Shown here piece by piece: positions 9,945-20,115 of a stretch of DNA of 64,000 nt. Position 1 is the stretch's first letter. Each line of letters opens with the position of its first letter. The DNA comes from an uncultured Butyrivibrio sp. GTDB lineage: Bacteria; Bacillota; Clostridia; Lachnospirales; Lachnospiraceae. The notes under the pieces were generated by a model. The model worked only from the letters and a program-made list of their open reading frames with translations. It did not search any database and was not told where the DNA came from. The position numbers were made by a program, and so were the translations under genes. The DNA lies in NCBI GenBank assembly GCA_947167765.1, contig CAMVJI010000002.1, forward strand, positions 494-64,493, in the 5' to 3' direction.

Positions 9945-11547
9945 AAATCTTAAAAAGTACATATTCTGCCTTATCTTTGTTGCATCGCTGGCTCTTAGCG
10001 TATTTTATGGCTTTCAGAAACAGGGATTTCATGAAGATGAGTACTATACCTATTTTTCAAGTAACAGGAGCCTTGGTCTTTACCAGCCTGACAGGCAATG
10101 GCAGGACAGGCAGACTATCCTTGATGAATTTGCAGTAAAAAAGGGCGATGGCTTTAACTACGGGCTTGTTAAGCTGGTCCAGTCCTGGGATGTGCATCCT
10201 CCCTTTTACTACTTTATTTTCCACACCCTGTGTTCATTTGTTCCAGGGGTGTTCACCAAGTGGACAGGTATCGCGACTAATCTGCTGGCTTTTGCTATCA
10301 GCTTTGTGTTTCTTTGTCTTATTATGGACAGGCTCAAGGTTTCGCCTTTTGTAGAGACATTGGTACTTCTGTTTTACGGGCTAAATCCCCAGACGGTTTC
10401 AGCCAACATATTTGTCAGGATGTATGCCTGGCTTGGAGCGCTGATCCTTGTCTGCGCTTATCTTCACATAAGACTCATCCAGGAATATGACCAAAATGCT
10501 TCAGACTTAAAGAAATACTGCATAAGGCTGCTTCTTCCCATAATGGTAGCCTCTTACATCGGATTTTTGATCCAGTATTTTTACATTTTCTTTTTTGTGT
10601 TTATTGGCATTGCAACAGCCTGGATAATAGCCTTTGTGAAAAGAGATATCAAAAACGCAGCGATTTACGTGGCAGGCTGCGCAGTTTCGCTGATGCTTTC
10701 GGTGGTAACATATCCGGCATGTTTAAGTCACCTCTTTGGAGGGTACAGAGGAAGCGGAGCCAGCGGCAGCTTTTTTGACATCCAGAATACAGGAATGAGA
10801 TTTGCGTTTTTTACAGGACTTTTAAATACCTTTGTTTTTGCTGGTGGTCTTGTCATAATCCTCTTAGTCATCTTTATTGGAACAATGTTAAAGATGGCAG
10901 CAAAAAAGAAAAATCCCTTCGTGGAGATCCCTCTAAAGAAAGACAGGAAGGGAAGTAGCGGCAATGCTTTAGAGATCATTGCTTTGGCAGTAGCTACCTT
11001 GGGGTATTTTTTCATGGCATCAAAGACAGCTCTTTTAGTGGGAAGCGCGTCAAACCGCTATGAGATGCCGGTGTACTCCCTTTTGATCCTGCTGATCTTT
11101 ATGGATGCTTTCTATGTTCTTGATAATTTCGGGAACAGGGCACTGATCTACGTGTTCGCAGCAATCCTTATGGCACTGCTCTTAAAGGGCCATCTGTCTG
11201 ATAAAAATGTATTGTTTTTGTATCCTGAGGATGCAGGCAAGATAGAGTATGCAAGAGAGAACTCCAAGGAAGCAGCAGTTGTGATGTTTAATCCTGTAAC
11301 TGCGCACAATGTATGGAGACTTACAGATGAGATCCTTGAATACGATAAAGTCTACTACATGGATGAATCAAACCTTCAAAGGGTAACTGACCCTGAAATA
11401 GTAAACGCAGACAAGGTTATCCTCTATGTGGCAGATGAGGATCATCAGCAGGAAGCCATAGAAGAATTCGTAAATAGCTGTAAAAACCTTTCAGATATCA
11501 CTTGGATCAGTTCAGAAGACATGTGGACAACCTTTGAGATAAACTAA
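9922..11547 (+). CDS. Polytopic membrane protein, probable GT-C (ArnT/PMT-like) glycosyltransferase
   Basis: HEDE after the first TM, DVHPPFYY and RMY motifs, and many TM helices. Start uncertain (9907 TTG or 9922 ATG). Confidence 0.68.
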   Translation: MPGSKDYKNLKKYIFCLIFVASLALSVFYGFQKQGFHEDEYYTYFSSNRSLGLYQPDRQWQDRQTILDEFAVKKGDGFNYGLVKLVQSWDVHPPFYYFIFHTLCSFVPGVFTKWTGIATNLLAFAISFVFLCLIMDRLKVSPFVETLVLLFYGLNPQTVSANIFVRMYAWLGALILVCAYLHIRLIQEYDQNASDLKKYCIRLLLPIMVASYIGFLIQYFYIFFFVFIGIATAWIIAFVKRDIKNAAIYVAGCAVSLMLSVVTYPACLSHLFGGYRGSGASGSFFDIQNTGMRFAFFTGLLNTFVFAGGLVIILLVIFIGTMLKMAAKKKNPFVEIPLKKDRKGSSGNALEIIALAVATLGYFFMASKTALLVGSASNRYEMPVYSLLILLIFMDAFYVLDNFGNRALIYVFAAILMALLLKGHLSDKNVLFLYPEDAGKIEYARENSKEAAVVMFNPVTAHNVWRLTDEILEYDKVYYMDESNLQRVTDPEIVNADKVILYVADEDHQQEAIEEFVNSCKNLSDITWISSEDMWTTFEIN

Positions 11548-11562
11548 GGACAGTCAGCGTTT

Positions 11563-11591
11563 TTGACCTTTACAGAGTCTTATTATATAAT
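11563..11591 (+). promoter_or_regulatory. Near-consensus sigma-A promoter for pseB
   Basis: TTGACC (11563-11568), 17 nt spacer, TATAAT (11586-11591). Confidence 0.75.
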
Positions 11592-11641
11592 TGGTTAGTT
11601 AAAGACTCTGCGTAAGCCTAATAATGATATGGAGATTTAAA

Positions 11642-12652
11642 ATGGAAAGATCAATGCTTGATAACAAAACTATTCTCGTGACTGGAGGAACAGGTTCTTT
11701 TGGACACAGCTTCACACAGTATGTCCTTGAGCATTACAATCCCAAGAAGCTTATCATCTATTCAAGAGATGAGTACAAGCAGTTCACAATGTCAAACGAG
11801 AAGATTTATAGAGATAATGCCGACAAGATGCGATTCTTTATCGGAGATGTAAGAGACGGCGCAAGACTTGAAAGAGCCTGCGAAAACGTAGACTATATCG
11901 TCCATGCAGCAGCCCTTAAGCAGGTACCTGCCTGTGAATACAACCCAGATGAGGCCATCAAGACCAATATTACAGGTGCCCAGAGCGTCATCAATGCAGC
12001 TCTTAACACAGGTGTTAAGCGAGTTGTAGCTCTTTCTACCGACAAGGCTGTAAATCCTGTTAACCTCTATGGTGCAACCAAGATGGTTTCAGACAAGCTC
12101 TTTATTGCTGCTAACGCCTATGCTGGCGCCAAGGACATCAACTTCTCAATTGTCCGCTATGGTAACGTGGCAGGCAGCCGTGGTTCTATCATTCCTTTCT
12201 TCAAGAGCCTTATTGAGAAAGGGGAAAAAGAGCTTCCTATTACGGATTATCGTATGACAAGATTCTGGATCAGTCTTCCTGAGGGAGTTGAGCTGGTTCT
12301 TAAGGCTCTTAAGGAGTCAAACGGTGGTGAGACCTTCATCAGCAAGATCCCTTCCTTCCATGTTAAGGACCTGGCAGAGGCTATGTGCCCTGGCATTAAG
12401 ACAGTTGAAGTTGGAATCCGTCCAGGTGAGAAGCTTGACGAGATAATGGTCACAACAGAGGATGCACCATTCACATATGAATTCGACAAGCACTATATCG
12501 TATATCCACAGGTTATCTTCAACGAGCGTCAGGCTCCAGACCCAGCTGGAAAGAAGGTTCCAGAGGGCTTCTACTACAGCTCAGGAAACAACACTGAGTG
12601 GATGAGCGTAGAAGAGATCAGAAACAGACTTTCTGAGGCTGAAATTCACTAA
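11642..12652 (+). CDS. pseB: UDP-N-acetylglucosamine 4,6-dehydratase (inverting)
   Basis: TGGTGSFG, SRDEYKQ, HAAALKQVPACEYNP, STDKAVNPVNLYGATK, RYGNVAGSRGS and GIRPGEKL motifs. ATG 11642 follows GGAG. Confidence 0.88.
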   Translation: MERSMLDNKTILVTGGTGSFGHSFTQYVLEHYNPKKLIIYSRDEYKQFTMSNEKIYRDNADKMRFFIGDVRDGARLERACENVDYIVHAAALKQVPACEYNPDEAIKTNITGAQSVINAALNTGVKRVVALSTDKAVNPVNLYGATKMVSDKLFIAANAYAGAKDINFSIVRYGNVAGSRGSIIPFFKSLIEKGEKELPITDYRMTRFWISLPEGVELVLKALKESNGGETFISKIPSFHVKDLAEAMCPGIKTVEVGIRPGEKLDEIMVTTEDAPFTYEFDKHYIVYPQVIFNERQAPDPAGKKVPEGFYYSSGNNTEWMSVEEIRNRLSEAEIH

Positions 12653-12676
12653 ATAGTGCTTTAACTTGGATAAAAT

Positions 12677-12712
12677 GGAAGCATGGCTTTAGTGGCTGAT
12701 GCTTCCTTTCTT
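12677..12712 (+). terminator. Intrinsic terminator after pseB
   Basis: GGAAGCAT...ATGCTTCC stem followed by TTTCTT. Confidence 0.6.
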
Positions 12713-12727
12713 GTATGAAGGGAAAAT

Positions 12728-13792
12728 ATGAAACTTAGCGTGGTAGTGCCTGTTTTTAATATGGCAGATGATGGAAGGCTCCAGTATTGTCTTGACAGCC
12801 TTGTTTCACAGACCCTTGAAGAGGGCTCCTACGAGATCATTGCAGTAGACGACTGTTCTACAGATGACTCATATGAGATTTTAAAACGCTATCAGGACAA
12901 GTACCCTGGAAAATTCATCGCTATCCATTCAGAAAAAAACCTTCATCAGGGTGGCGCCAAAAACATAGGACTTGCCATTGCAAAAGGAATGTGGCTTGGA
13001 TTTATTGATGCGGACGATTGGATCACTCCTGACTACTATGAAAAACTCATAAGTAAGGCGGAGGAAACTGGAGCTGATATGGTGGGCTGCGACTACAACC
13101 TGACCTATGAGCACAGCTTCAAGGTTGGTGAAGTGGTACACAACAATAACTTTGAGCAGACAGGCGTCATGAACAGGGAAAAGTACAAAAAGCTCCTTAT
13201 TGAGACAGGAAGCCTTGTGGTGAAGGTCTATAAAAGAGAGCTGATCCTGGGAGACTATGAACCTGGCACCAAGGATAAGCTTGATGTTTTCCCTGAGAAC
13301 ATTTTTTACGAAGACAATGCAGTAAGTAATACCTGGATGACAAGATCCAAGCACTTTGAGTATATCCAGGAGCCTCTTTACTATTATTACCAGCACAATG
13401 CTTCAACTGTCCACAGTATTTCTAAAAAGAACCTGGAAGACAGAATGGTCGCAGGCAGGATGATAATAAGTGAGGCCAAAAACAATGGCTACTTTGAAGA
13501 CTATCTCCCGGAGATAGAATTTCAATACACTGTGTTATTTTATGTCAACACATTGTTCTCAGCCATGCCGAAAAAATACAAAGTTAAAGATTGTTATAAC
13601 TTTACAAAAGCCCTTGGAAAAGAGATGAAGGAAACCTTTCCGGATTTCCAGAGTAACTCCTATTACCAGGAGAAGATACATCCTGAAGAGAAAAAACTCA
13701 TAGGTTTTCAGATGAAATCACATCTGTTTTTCTATATTTACTACAGGCTTCTGTGGTTTTACAGAGACCTGAAAAGCGGAAGGAAAAGCTAA
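12728..13792 (+). CDS. GT2 glycosyltransferase
   Basis: LSVVVPVFN, VDDCSTD, GGAKNIG, FIDADDW and FYED motifs. Confidence 0.87.
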   Translation: MKLSVVVPVFNMADDGRLQYCLDSLVSQTLEEGSYEIIAVDDCSTDDSYEILKRYQDKYPGKFIAIHSEKNLHQGGAKNIGLAIAKGMWLGFIDADDWITPDYYEKLISKAEETGADMVGCDYNLTYEHSFKVGEVVHNNNFEQTGVMNREKYKKLLIETGSLVVKVYKRELILGDYEPGTKDKLDVFPENIFYEDNAVSNTWMTRSKHFEYIQEPLYYYYQHNASTVHSISKKNLEDRMVAGRMIISEAKNNGYFEDYLPEIEFQYTVLFYVNTLFSAMPKKYKVKDCYNFTKALGKEMKETFPDFQSNSYYQEKIHPEEKKLIGFQMKSHLFFYIYYRLLWFYRDLKSGRKS

Positions 13793-13795
13793 TTA

Positions 13796-15547
13796 ATGCG
13801 TAAGATCTACAGCAAGTTAAAGGTGCTTCTTGACAGGAAGCAGAAATCACAGATGGTGGGAATCGTAGTGCTGATGCTCATCGGAGGCGTGCTGGAATCG
13901 CTGGGAATTGCAATGATAGCACCTGTTATGCAGGTTGTTATTGACCCTGAGAAGGTGGAAGAGAGCCATATACTTTCAGCAATCTATAATCTCTTTAACC
14001 TTACAAGTACCACCCAGCTTGCAGCCATTATCATGGTGTCCATCATTCTTGTTTTCATAATAAAGAATGTGTTTTTATATTTTATGAATGTGGTACAGCT
14101 AAGATTTGTTTACACCAACCAGTTTGCCACATCCCGCCGCATGATGATCAACTTCATGCAAAGGCCCTATGAGTACTATTTAAATGCAGACACTACAGTT
14201 ATTCAGAGAAACATCACTTCTGATGTCAATAACCTCTATGCCCTGATCCTTAGCTGCCTTCAGCTTACCAGTGAGATCATAGTATTTGTGTGTCTGGTGG
14301 CTATTCTTCTTAGTCAGGATGCCAGGATGACCCTTACTATAGCAACACTTCTTGTTATAGTACTTCTTGTTATCAAGTTTGTGATAAAGCCTGTCATGGT
14401 CAAGGCCGGTAAGGATAATCAGGACTACTACAGCGGACTTTATAAGTGGATTTACGAATCAGTAACAGGAATAAAAGAGATAAAGGTCGCTGCAAAAGAG
14501 AACTACTTCATAAATGGTTATGCTGATTGTGGAGCTGGTTATGTAAATGCAGTTCAGAAGTATAACCTCTACAACTCTACGCCCAGACTTCTTATTGAGA
14601 CTATTGCCATTGCAGGCATGATCGGATATATGCTCTTTGTTATGTCCCAGGGAACAAGTCTTACATCACTTCTTCCACAGCTCACAGTCCTTGCGGCTGC
14701 AGCAGCAAGACTTCTTCCAAGCGCCAACAGGATCAACAACTACCTGACCAGCATCGCTTATTTTGAACCATTTTTGGACAACGTAAGTGAAAACCTTCAG
14801 GATGAGATCCATGATGAATCAATTTCCTATAACAGCGAGGACTATCGCACTAAGGCCCAGACCGAAAAGCTTCCTGTGCATAATTCCATAAACCTTAAGG
14901 ACATTACCTACAAGTATCCAAACACTGACAAGTACATCCTTGACGGTGCAGACATGGAGATCCCTGTTGGTAAGAGCGTGGGAATCGTAGGGACATCAGG
15001 CGCAGGAAAAACTACGATTGTAGACGTACTTCTTGGACTTTTGGAGCCTGAAAAAGGCAGGATATTAGCTGACGGAGTTGATGTTAAGACCAACTACAAG
15101 GGATGGCTCAAGAACGTGGGCTACATTCCTCAGACTATTTTTATGACAGATTCAACTATCAGGAAAAACGTAGCTTTTGGTGTTCCTGAGGATGAGATAG
15201 ACGATGCCAAGGTGTGGCAGGCTCTTTCCGAGGCTGCTCTTGATTCTTTTGTAAAAGAACTTCCGGAAGGCCTTGATACTGAGATCGGGGAAAGAGGTAT
15301 CAGACTTTCCGGCGGACAGAGACAGAGGATCGGTATTGCGAGAGCTCTTTTCGAAGACCCTGAAGTGCTGGTACTGGATGAGGCAACATCAGCACTTGAT
15401 AATGACACAGAGGCTGCCATCATGGATTCCATCAACAGACTCCATGGTAAAAAGACTTTAGTGATCATAGCGCACAGGCTTCAGACCATCGAAAAGTGCG
15501 ACATGATCTATGGCATCAAGGACGGTAAAGCAGTTCGGGAAAGGTAA
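13796..15547 (+). CDS. ABC transporter, fused TMD-NBD (PglK/MsbA-type lipid-linked oligosaccharide flippase candidate)
   Basis: Six-TM domain, Walker A GTSGAGKTT, LSGGQRQR, VLDEATSALD and IAHRL. Located in a glycan locus. Confidence 0.85.
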   Translation: MRKIYSKLKVLLDRKQKSQMVGIVVLMLIGGVLESLGIAMIAPVMQVVIDPEKVEESHILSAIYNLFNLTSTTQLAAIIMVSIILVFIIKNVFLYFMNVVQLRFVYTNQFATSRRMMINFMQRPYEYYLNADTTVIQRNITSDVNNLYALILSCLQLTSEIIVFVCLVAILLSQDARMTLTIATLLVIVLLVIKFVIKPVMVKAGKDNQDYYSGLYKWIYESVTGIKEIKVAAKENYFINGYADCGAGYVNAVQKYNLYNSTPRLLIETIAIAGMIGYMLFVMSQGTSLTSLLPQLTVLAAAAARLLPSANRINNYLTSIAYFEPFLDNVSENLQDEIHDESISYNSEDYRTKAQTEKLPVHNSINLKDITYKYPNTDKYILDGADMEIPVGKSVGIVGTSGAGKTTIVDVLLGLLEPEKGRILADGVDVKTNYKGWLKNVGYIPQTIFMTDSTIRKNVAFGVPEDEIDDAKVWQALSEAALDSFVKELPEGLDTEIGERGIRLSGGQRQRIGIARALFEDPEVLVLDEATSALDNDTEAAIMDSINRLHGKKTLVIIAHRLQTIEKCDMIYGIKDGKAVRER

Positions 15548-15563
15548 TCTTGTTGGAGGCGTT

Positions 15564-16697
15564 ATGAGCGGAGCGTTGGGATCAGCAAAAAAGAGGGATG
15601 CAAATTTTGAGCTTCTAAGGATCATAGCTATGTTTATGATCATTACTTTACATTACAATCTCCATTCCAATGCCTTGTTGGAGCTTGGAGTTCCGGCTAC
15701 AAAAGTACAGCTTTTTGCAACACTTCTTGAGAGCTTTGCTATTACAGGACTTAATGTTTATGTTCTTTTGAGCGGCTATTTTATGTCCAGGTCAAATGTA
15801 AGGCCAAGTCGCTTGCTCAGCCTTATAGCACAGGTATATTTCTATACCATAGTCATATCTCTTGCAATGATCATTGTTGGAACATACGTGGTCCACTCTG
15901 GTAATTCGGTGTTCAAAATGGGGCAGTATCTGTTCCCTATATCATCTGAGCACTACTGGTTTGTGACTGCCTATATTATCATGTATGTTCTTTCGCCCAT
16001 CATGAATGCTGCTGTAAACACCCTTTCAAGAAAACAGCTCAAATGGTCGATCATAGGCCTTCTTGTATGGTTCTGCTTTATAAAGAGCATCGTTCCGGTG
16101 ATGTTTGTAACAGATAATTATGGATATGATTTTGGTTGGTTTATATGTCTCTATCTTATTGCCGCCTATATTAGAAAATATGATGTGGTTCTCTTCTACA
16201 ATGCAAAGAGAAGCGGACTGGTTTTTGTTTTTTCCTGCCTTATGATCTTTGCTATGTCAGTGGTACTACACTTTATCAATCTTAAGACTGGAAGATTCAA
16301 CTACTATGCCACAGTTCCAACCCATCTTAACTTTATCTTTACCCTGACAGGCTCTTTAGGACTCTTTTCGCTATTCAGGTTCTACAGGATGAAAGAGGGA
16401 AAACTGGCCGACATATCAAGATTCCTTGGACCCCTTACTTTTGGTGTGTATCTTGTGCATATGCATCTTGAAATAAGGGACAGATGGGTAGTTTGGATGG
16501 AGCATCTTATGGGAGAGGTGCCCGCTGAAAGCATCCTTCTTTTTGCCTGGCATTATATCAGGTCAATAATAATTGTTTTCCTGGCGGGAGTTTTTGTGGA
16601 CTGGATAAGGAAGATGATCTTTGATTTCTTTGGAAGAGTCCTTCAGGATACTTGGATGTTTAAAAAGCTAAGACAGTGGGATAAGGATTTATGCTAA
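15564..16697 (+). CDS. Acyltransferase-3 family (OafA-like) membrane O-acyltransferase
   Basis: RDANFELLRIIAMFMIITLH, VLLSGYF, YWFV and TFGVYLVH motifs, about 10 TM. Start moved to ATG 15564 after GGAGG. Confidence 0.82.
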   Translation: MSGALGSAKKRDANFELLRIIAMFMIITLHYNLHSNALLELGVPATKVQLFATLLESFAITGLNVYVLLSGYFMSRSNVRPSRLLSLIAQVYFYTIVISLAMIIVGTYVVHSGNSVFKMGQYLFPISSEHYWFVTAYIIMYVLSPIMNAAVNTLSRKQLKWSIIGLLVWFCFIKSIVPVMFVTDNYGYDFGWFICLYLIAAYIRKYDVVLFYNAKRSGLVFVFSCLMIFAMSVVLHFINLKTGRFNYYATVPTHLNFIFTLTGSLGLFSLFRFYRMKEGKLADISRFLGPLTFGVYLVHMHLEIRDRWVVWMEHLMGEVPAESILLFAWHYIRSIIIVFLAGVFVDWIRKMIFDFFGRVLQDTWMFKKLRQWDKDLC

Positions 16698-18436
16698 AGA
16701 CTATCCGTAGTTATTTTTACAACTTCAAAAAATACCAGAAGCCCCTGGAAAAGCTCGTCTTTCCGCTGATACTTCTTTTATATCCGCTCATAGGGGTTTC
16801 GCAGGGACTGGACATTACAGACACTACTTATGGGCTATCCAACTATGAGTTTCTCCCTGTTATTGATCCTATGTGGGGGCTTTCGACCTTCCTTGCCAAT
16901 GTCACAGGAAGGGCTATCATGAAGTTGCCCTTTGCTGGGACCATGCTTGGAATGGGCATCTACTGCAGCTTTATCATCAGTGTGATCGCACTTTCAGCAT
17001 ATTACTGTCTCCAGAGATGGATGCCAGGTTGGATGATCTTTATCGGAGAGTTTATAAGTCTGAGCCTTTGCTGGTGTCCCAGAGTTATTCTGTACAACTA
17101 TCTCACATATCTGTTCTTTACTCTGGGGCTTTTGTGCCTTCTTCTTGGGATATTTGAGTGGGAGAGGCAGACATTGTTTTTGGTCCTGGCAGGAATATGC
17201 CTTGGACTTAATGTGATGGTGAGATTTCCAAATATTGTTGAGACGGGGCTGATCCTTGTGTTGTGGTTCTACCAGATCATCACCGGGGATAAGTTTATTG
17301 AGACCGTTAAAAAGACACTTACCTGCATAGGCGGATTTTTTATTGGCATTTTGCTTCCTCTTTTGATGATATGCGTAATGTACGGACCAACAGCCTATTT
17401 TGATATGATCGGGTCTTTATTTGGCATGACGGAGGGGGCTTCAGATTATACAGCTTCCGGAATGGTCTCATCTATCCTGTCAGCCTATGGCACCACTTTA
17501 AAGGATATGATCATCATGATCCCCTGTGTGGCAGCAGGAGTTATAATGTTCAATCTCCTTCCGGGGAAGTATGTTCTTTTGAAAAAACTTCTGTATATAG
17601 CTGGCCTTCTTGTACTTGTCAGATACTATTTTGCAAATGGAGTATTTACCAGAAATTACGGCTATTATGACTCCATGTTCCAGGCAGCTATGATGTTTGT
17701 GATAATTGCAATTATCCTTGCTGTCATTGGCCTGGCTGGTATACTAAATGGCAGCAGGCAGGAGCAGACTTTGGCCTTTGCGGCTCTGGTTGTTATTTTG
17801 ATAACGCCACTAGGCAGCAACAACTACACATTTCCTGTGATCAATAACCTGTTCTTTGTTGCTCCGGTAACACTGTGGCTCCTTAGAAGACTGATGTTCA
17901 GACTTGGGGAAGGGGACTACCATTTTCCATGGCAGGCAATGGTGACGATGGTGATCATAGTCGTAGTGATCCAGGGAACTCTTTTCCACGGGAGCTTTGC
18001 ATTTCTGGACGGTGACGGCGGAGAAAAGAGAGACAGTCACGCCAAGATACCCAAGGTGTCTTCTATGGCTACTACTGCCTACAATGCGGAATCGTTAAAT
18101 GAGCTGTATGATGCTCTCAAAGATATAAATGCATCTGAGAAAAAAGCGATTTTCTTTGGGGCAGTTCCTGGCCTTGCGTACATATTTGACCTTGAGCCGG
18201 CCATAAATACTGTTTGGCCTGATCTTGACAGCTATAGCACTTTAAAGTTTAAGGGTGAGCTTTCAAAGGTTTCCGGGCTTAAGGCAGATGCTCCAATAAT
18301 CATTGTGGGGCAGAACCTTCCTGAATACGCCAACATAGAGGCTAAGAAAGATGTTTTGATGGACTATATTGCATCTAATGATTATAATAAGGTCTTTGAG
18401 AGTGATAGATTTACGGTTTATGCTGTAGAGAATTGA
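16691..18436 (+). CDS. Polytopic membrane protein, possible GT-C glycosyltransferase
   Basis: About 12 TM helices, GLDITDT after TM1, YN and RFP motifs, and a soluble C-terminal domain. Function inferred from context. Confidence 0.5.
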   Translation: MLKTIRSYFYNFKKYQKPLEKLVFPLILLLYPLIGVSQGLDITDTTYGLSNYEFLPVIDPMWGLSTFLANVTGRAIMKLPFAGTMLGMGIYCSFIISVIALSAYYCLQRWMPGWMIFIGEFISLSLCWCPRVILYNYLTYLFFTLGLLCLLLGIFEWERQTLFLVLAGICLGLNVMVRFPNIVETGLILVLWFYQIITGDKFIETVKKTLTCIGGFFIGILLPLLMICVMYGPTAYFDMIGSLFGMTEGASDYTASGMVSSILSAYGTTLKDMIIMIPCVAAGVIMFNLLPGKYVLLKKLLYIAGLLVLVRYYFANGVFTRNYGYYDSMFQAAMMFVIIAIILAVIGLAGILNGSRQEQTLAFAALVVILITPLGSNNYTFPVINNLFFVAPVTLWLLRRLMFRLGEGDYHFPWQAMVTMVIIVVVIQGTLFHGSFAFLDGDGGEKRDSHAKIPKVSSMATTAYNAESLNELYDALKDINASEKKAIFFGAVPGLAYIFDLEPAINTVWPDLDSYSTLKFKGELSKVSGLKADAPIIIVGQNLPEYANIEAKKDVLMDYIASNDYNKVFESDRFTVYAVEN

Positions 18437-18459
18437 TAGCAAGGAGTACTTGGAGATTT

Positions 18460-18930
18460 ATGGAAGATAACAAGAAAAAAGATATTTTTGACAGGATCAT
18501 GTCGCTGCCTGTTCTTAACATATTTGAACCATTTTATAAAAAGCATAAGGAAGGACTGTTGTACCTCTTCTTTGGAGGCCTCACATTCTTTTTGAGTCTA
18601 TTCCTGTTCTGGTTCATGGACAGCGTGATGCACATCAATGAGGTTATCAATAACTCTATCGACTGGGTTATTTGTGTGGCCTTCCAGTTCTTTACCAACA
18701 GGACCTGGGTATTTGATGGTAAGGTAGATAATACCAAGGACTTCCTTAAGCAGGCAGGTTCTTTTACTGCAGGAAGACTGTTTACACTGGTAGTAGAAGA
18801 TCTTCTGATCTTTATTTTCATAACACTGATGGGACTGCCCAAGATGCCTGTAAAGCTTGGTGCAACATTTGTTGTAATTGCCCTGAACTACGTTATAAGT
18901 AAGCTTATTGTTTTTAAAAAGAAGGATTGA
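18460..18930 (+). CDS. GtrA-family small flippase
   Basis: Four TM helices with YLFFGGLT, NRTWVF and NYVISKLIVF motifs. ATG 18460 follows GGAG. Confidence 0.82.
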   Translation: MEDNKKKDIFDRIMSLPVLNIFEPFYKKHKEGLLYLFFGGLTFFLSLFLFWFMDSVMHINEVINNSIDWVICVAFQFFTNRTWVFDGKVDNTKDFLKQAGSFTAGRLFTLVVEDLLIFIFITLMGLPKMPVKLGATFVVIALNYVISKLIVFKKKD

Positions 18931-18964
18931 GACACCTAAGGTGTTTATACAGGAGGAATGACAT

Positions 18965-20101
18965 ATGCGTATTAATTTTAATGTACCACCATATACAGGA
19001 CACGAATTTGATTACATAAAAGAGTGTGTTGAAGCACAGAAGATCTGCGGAGATGGCAAGTACACAGCCCTTGACAATGAGTGGATCGAGAAAAAGACAG
19101 GATGCACCAAAGCACTTCTTACCACATCCTGTACCCATGCCACAGAGATGGCTGCGATCCTTGCAGGGATAAAAGAGGGTGATGAAGTCATAATGCCTTC
19201 CTACACTTTTGTTTCAACTGCCAATGCGTTTGTACTTCGCGGAGCGAAGGTGGTATTTGTGGATATCAGACCTGATACCATGAACATAGATGAAAATCTT
19301 ATTGAGCAGGCAATAACTCCGAGGACAAGGGCTATCGTTCCTGTTCACTATGCAGGCGTTGGCTGCGAGATGGATACCATCATGGATATCGCAAAAAGAC
19401 ACAATCTTCTGGTAATTGAGGATGCTGCCCAGGGTGTTATGGCAACCTACAAAGGAAAAGCTCTTGGAGCAATCGGTGATTTTGGTAACTACAGCTTCCA
19501 TGAGACCAAAAACTACAGCATGGGAGAAGGCGGAGCATTGCTGCTTAGGGACGAGACATATGTTGATGATGCCATAATCATTAGAGAAAAGGGTACAAAC
19601 AGAACTCTTTACAAGCTTGGCAAGGTTGATAAGTACAGCTGGATCATGCCAGGATCTTCATTCCTTCCAAGTGACATGAATGCAGCATATCTCTATGCAC
19701 AGCTTCAGATGGCTGACGAGATAAATAGTGACAGACTCGATCATTACAACAGATACATGGAAGCTCTTAAGCCTCTTGAAGAAAAAGGCCTTATTGAACT
19801 TCCCTACGTGCCAAAAGAATGCGTTCACAATGCGCATATGTTCTACATCAAATGTAAAGACTTTGAAGAGAGACAGGGACTTATCAAGTACCTTACAAGC
19901 AACGATATTCTTCCTGCTTCTCACTATGTGCCTCTCCATTCTTCCAAGGCCGGTCTTATCTACAGTGAGTTTAGAGGAGAGGATAAATATACTACCAAAG
20001 AAAGCGAGAGACTTCTTCGTCTGCCTATGTATTACAAGCTCACTAATGATGACCTGGACGAAGTCGTTATGAGAATCAAGGAGTACTACCACTTCAACTG
20101 A
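18965..20101 (+). CDS. rffA: dTDP-4-amino-4,6-dideoxygalactose transaminase (WecE/RffA)
   Basis: LLTTSCTHATEM, PSYTFVSTANAFVLRGA, EDAAQG, SFHETKNYSMGEGG, REKGTNR and HYVPLHSS motifs. Confidence 0.87.
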   Translation: MRINFNVPPYTGHEFDYIKECVEAQKICGDGKYTALDNEWIEKKTGCTKALLTTSCTHATEMAAILAGIKEGDEVIMPSYTFVSTANAFVLRGAKVVFVDIRPDTMNIDENLIEQAITPRTRAIVPVHYAGVGCEMDTIMDIAKRHNLLVIEDAAQGVMATYKGKALGAIGDFGNYSFHETKNYSMGEGGALLLRDETYVDDAIIIREKGTNRTLYKLGKVDKYSWIMPGSSFLPSDMNAAYLYAQLQMADEINSDRLDHYNRYMEALKPLEEKGLIELPYVPKECVHNAHMFYIKCKDFEERQGLIKYLTSNDILPASHYVPLHSSKAGLIYSEFRGEDKYTTKESERLLRLPMYYKLTNDDLDEVVMRIKEYYHFN

Positions 20102-20115
20102 TATGGAGCCCCAAC

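Noticed and set aside
11573-11610. Invertible (phase-variable) promoter at pseB
   Set aside because: The 9-bp inverted repeats enclose only 20 bp, too short for a typical invertible segment, and no recombinase is in the window. Treated as a possible operator.
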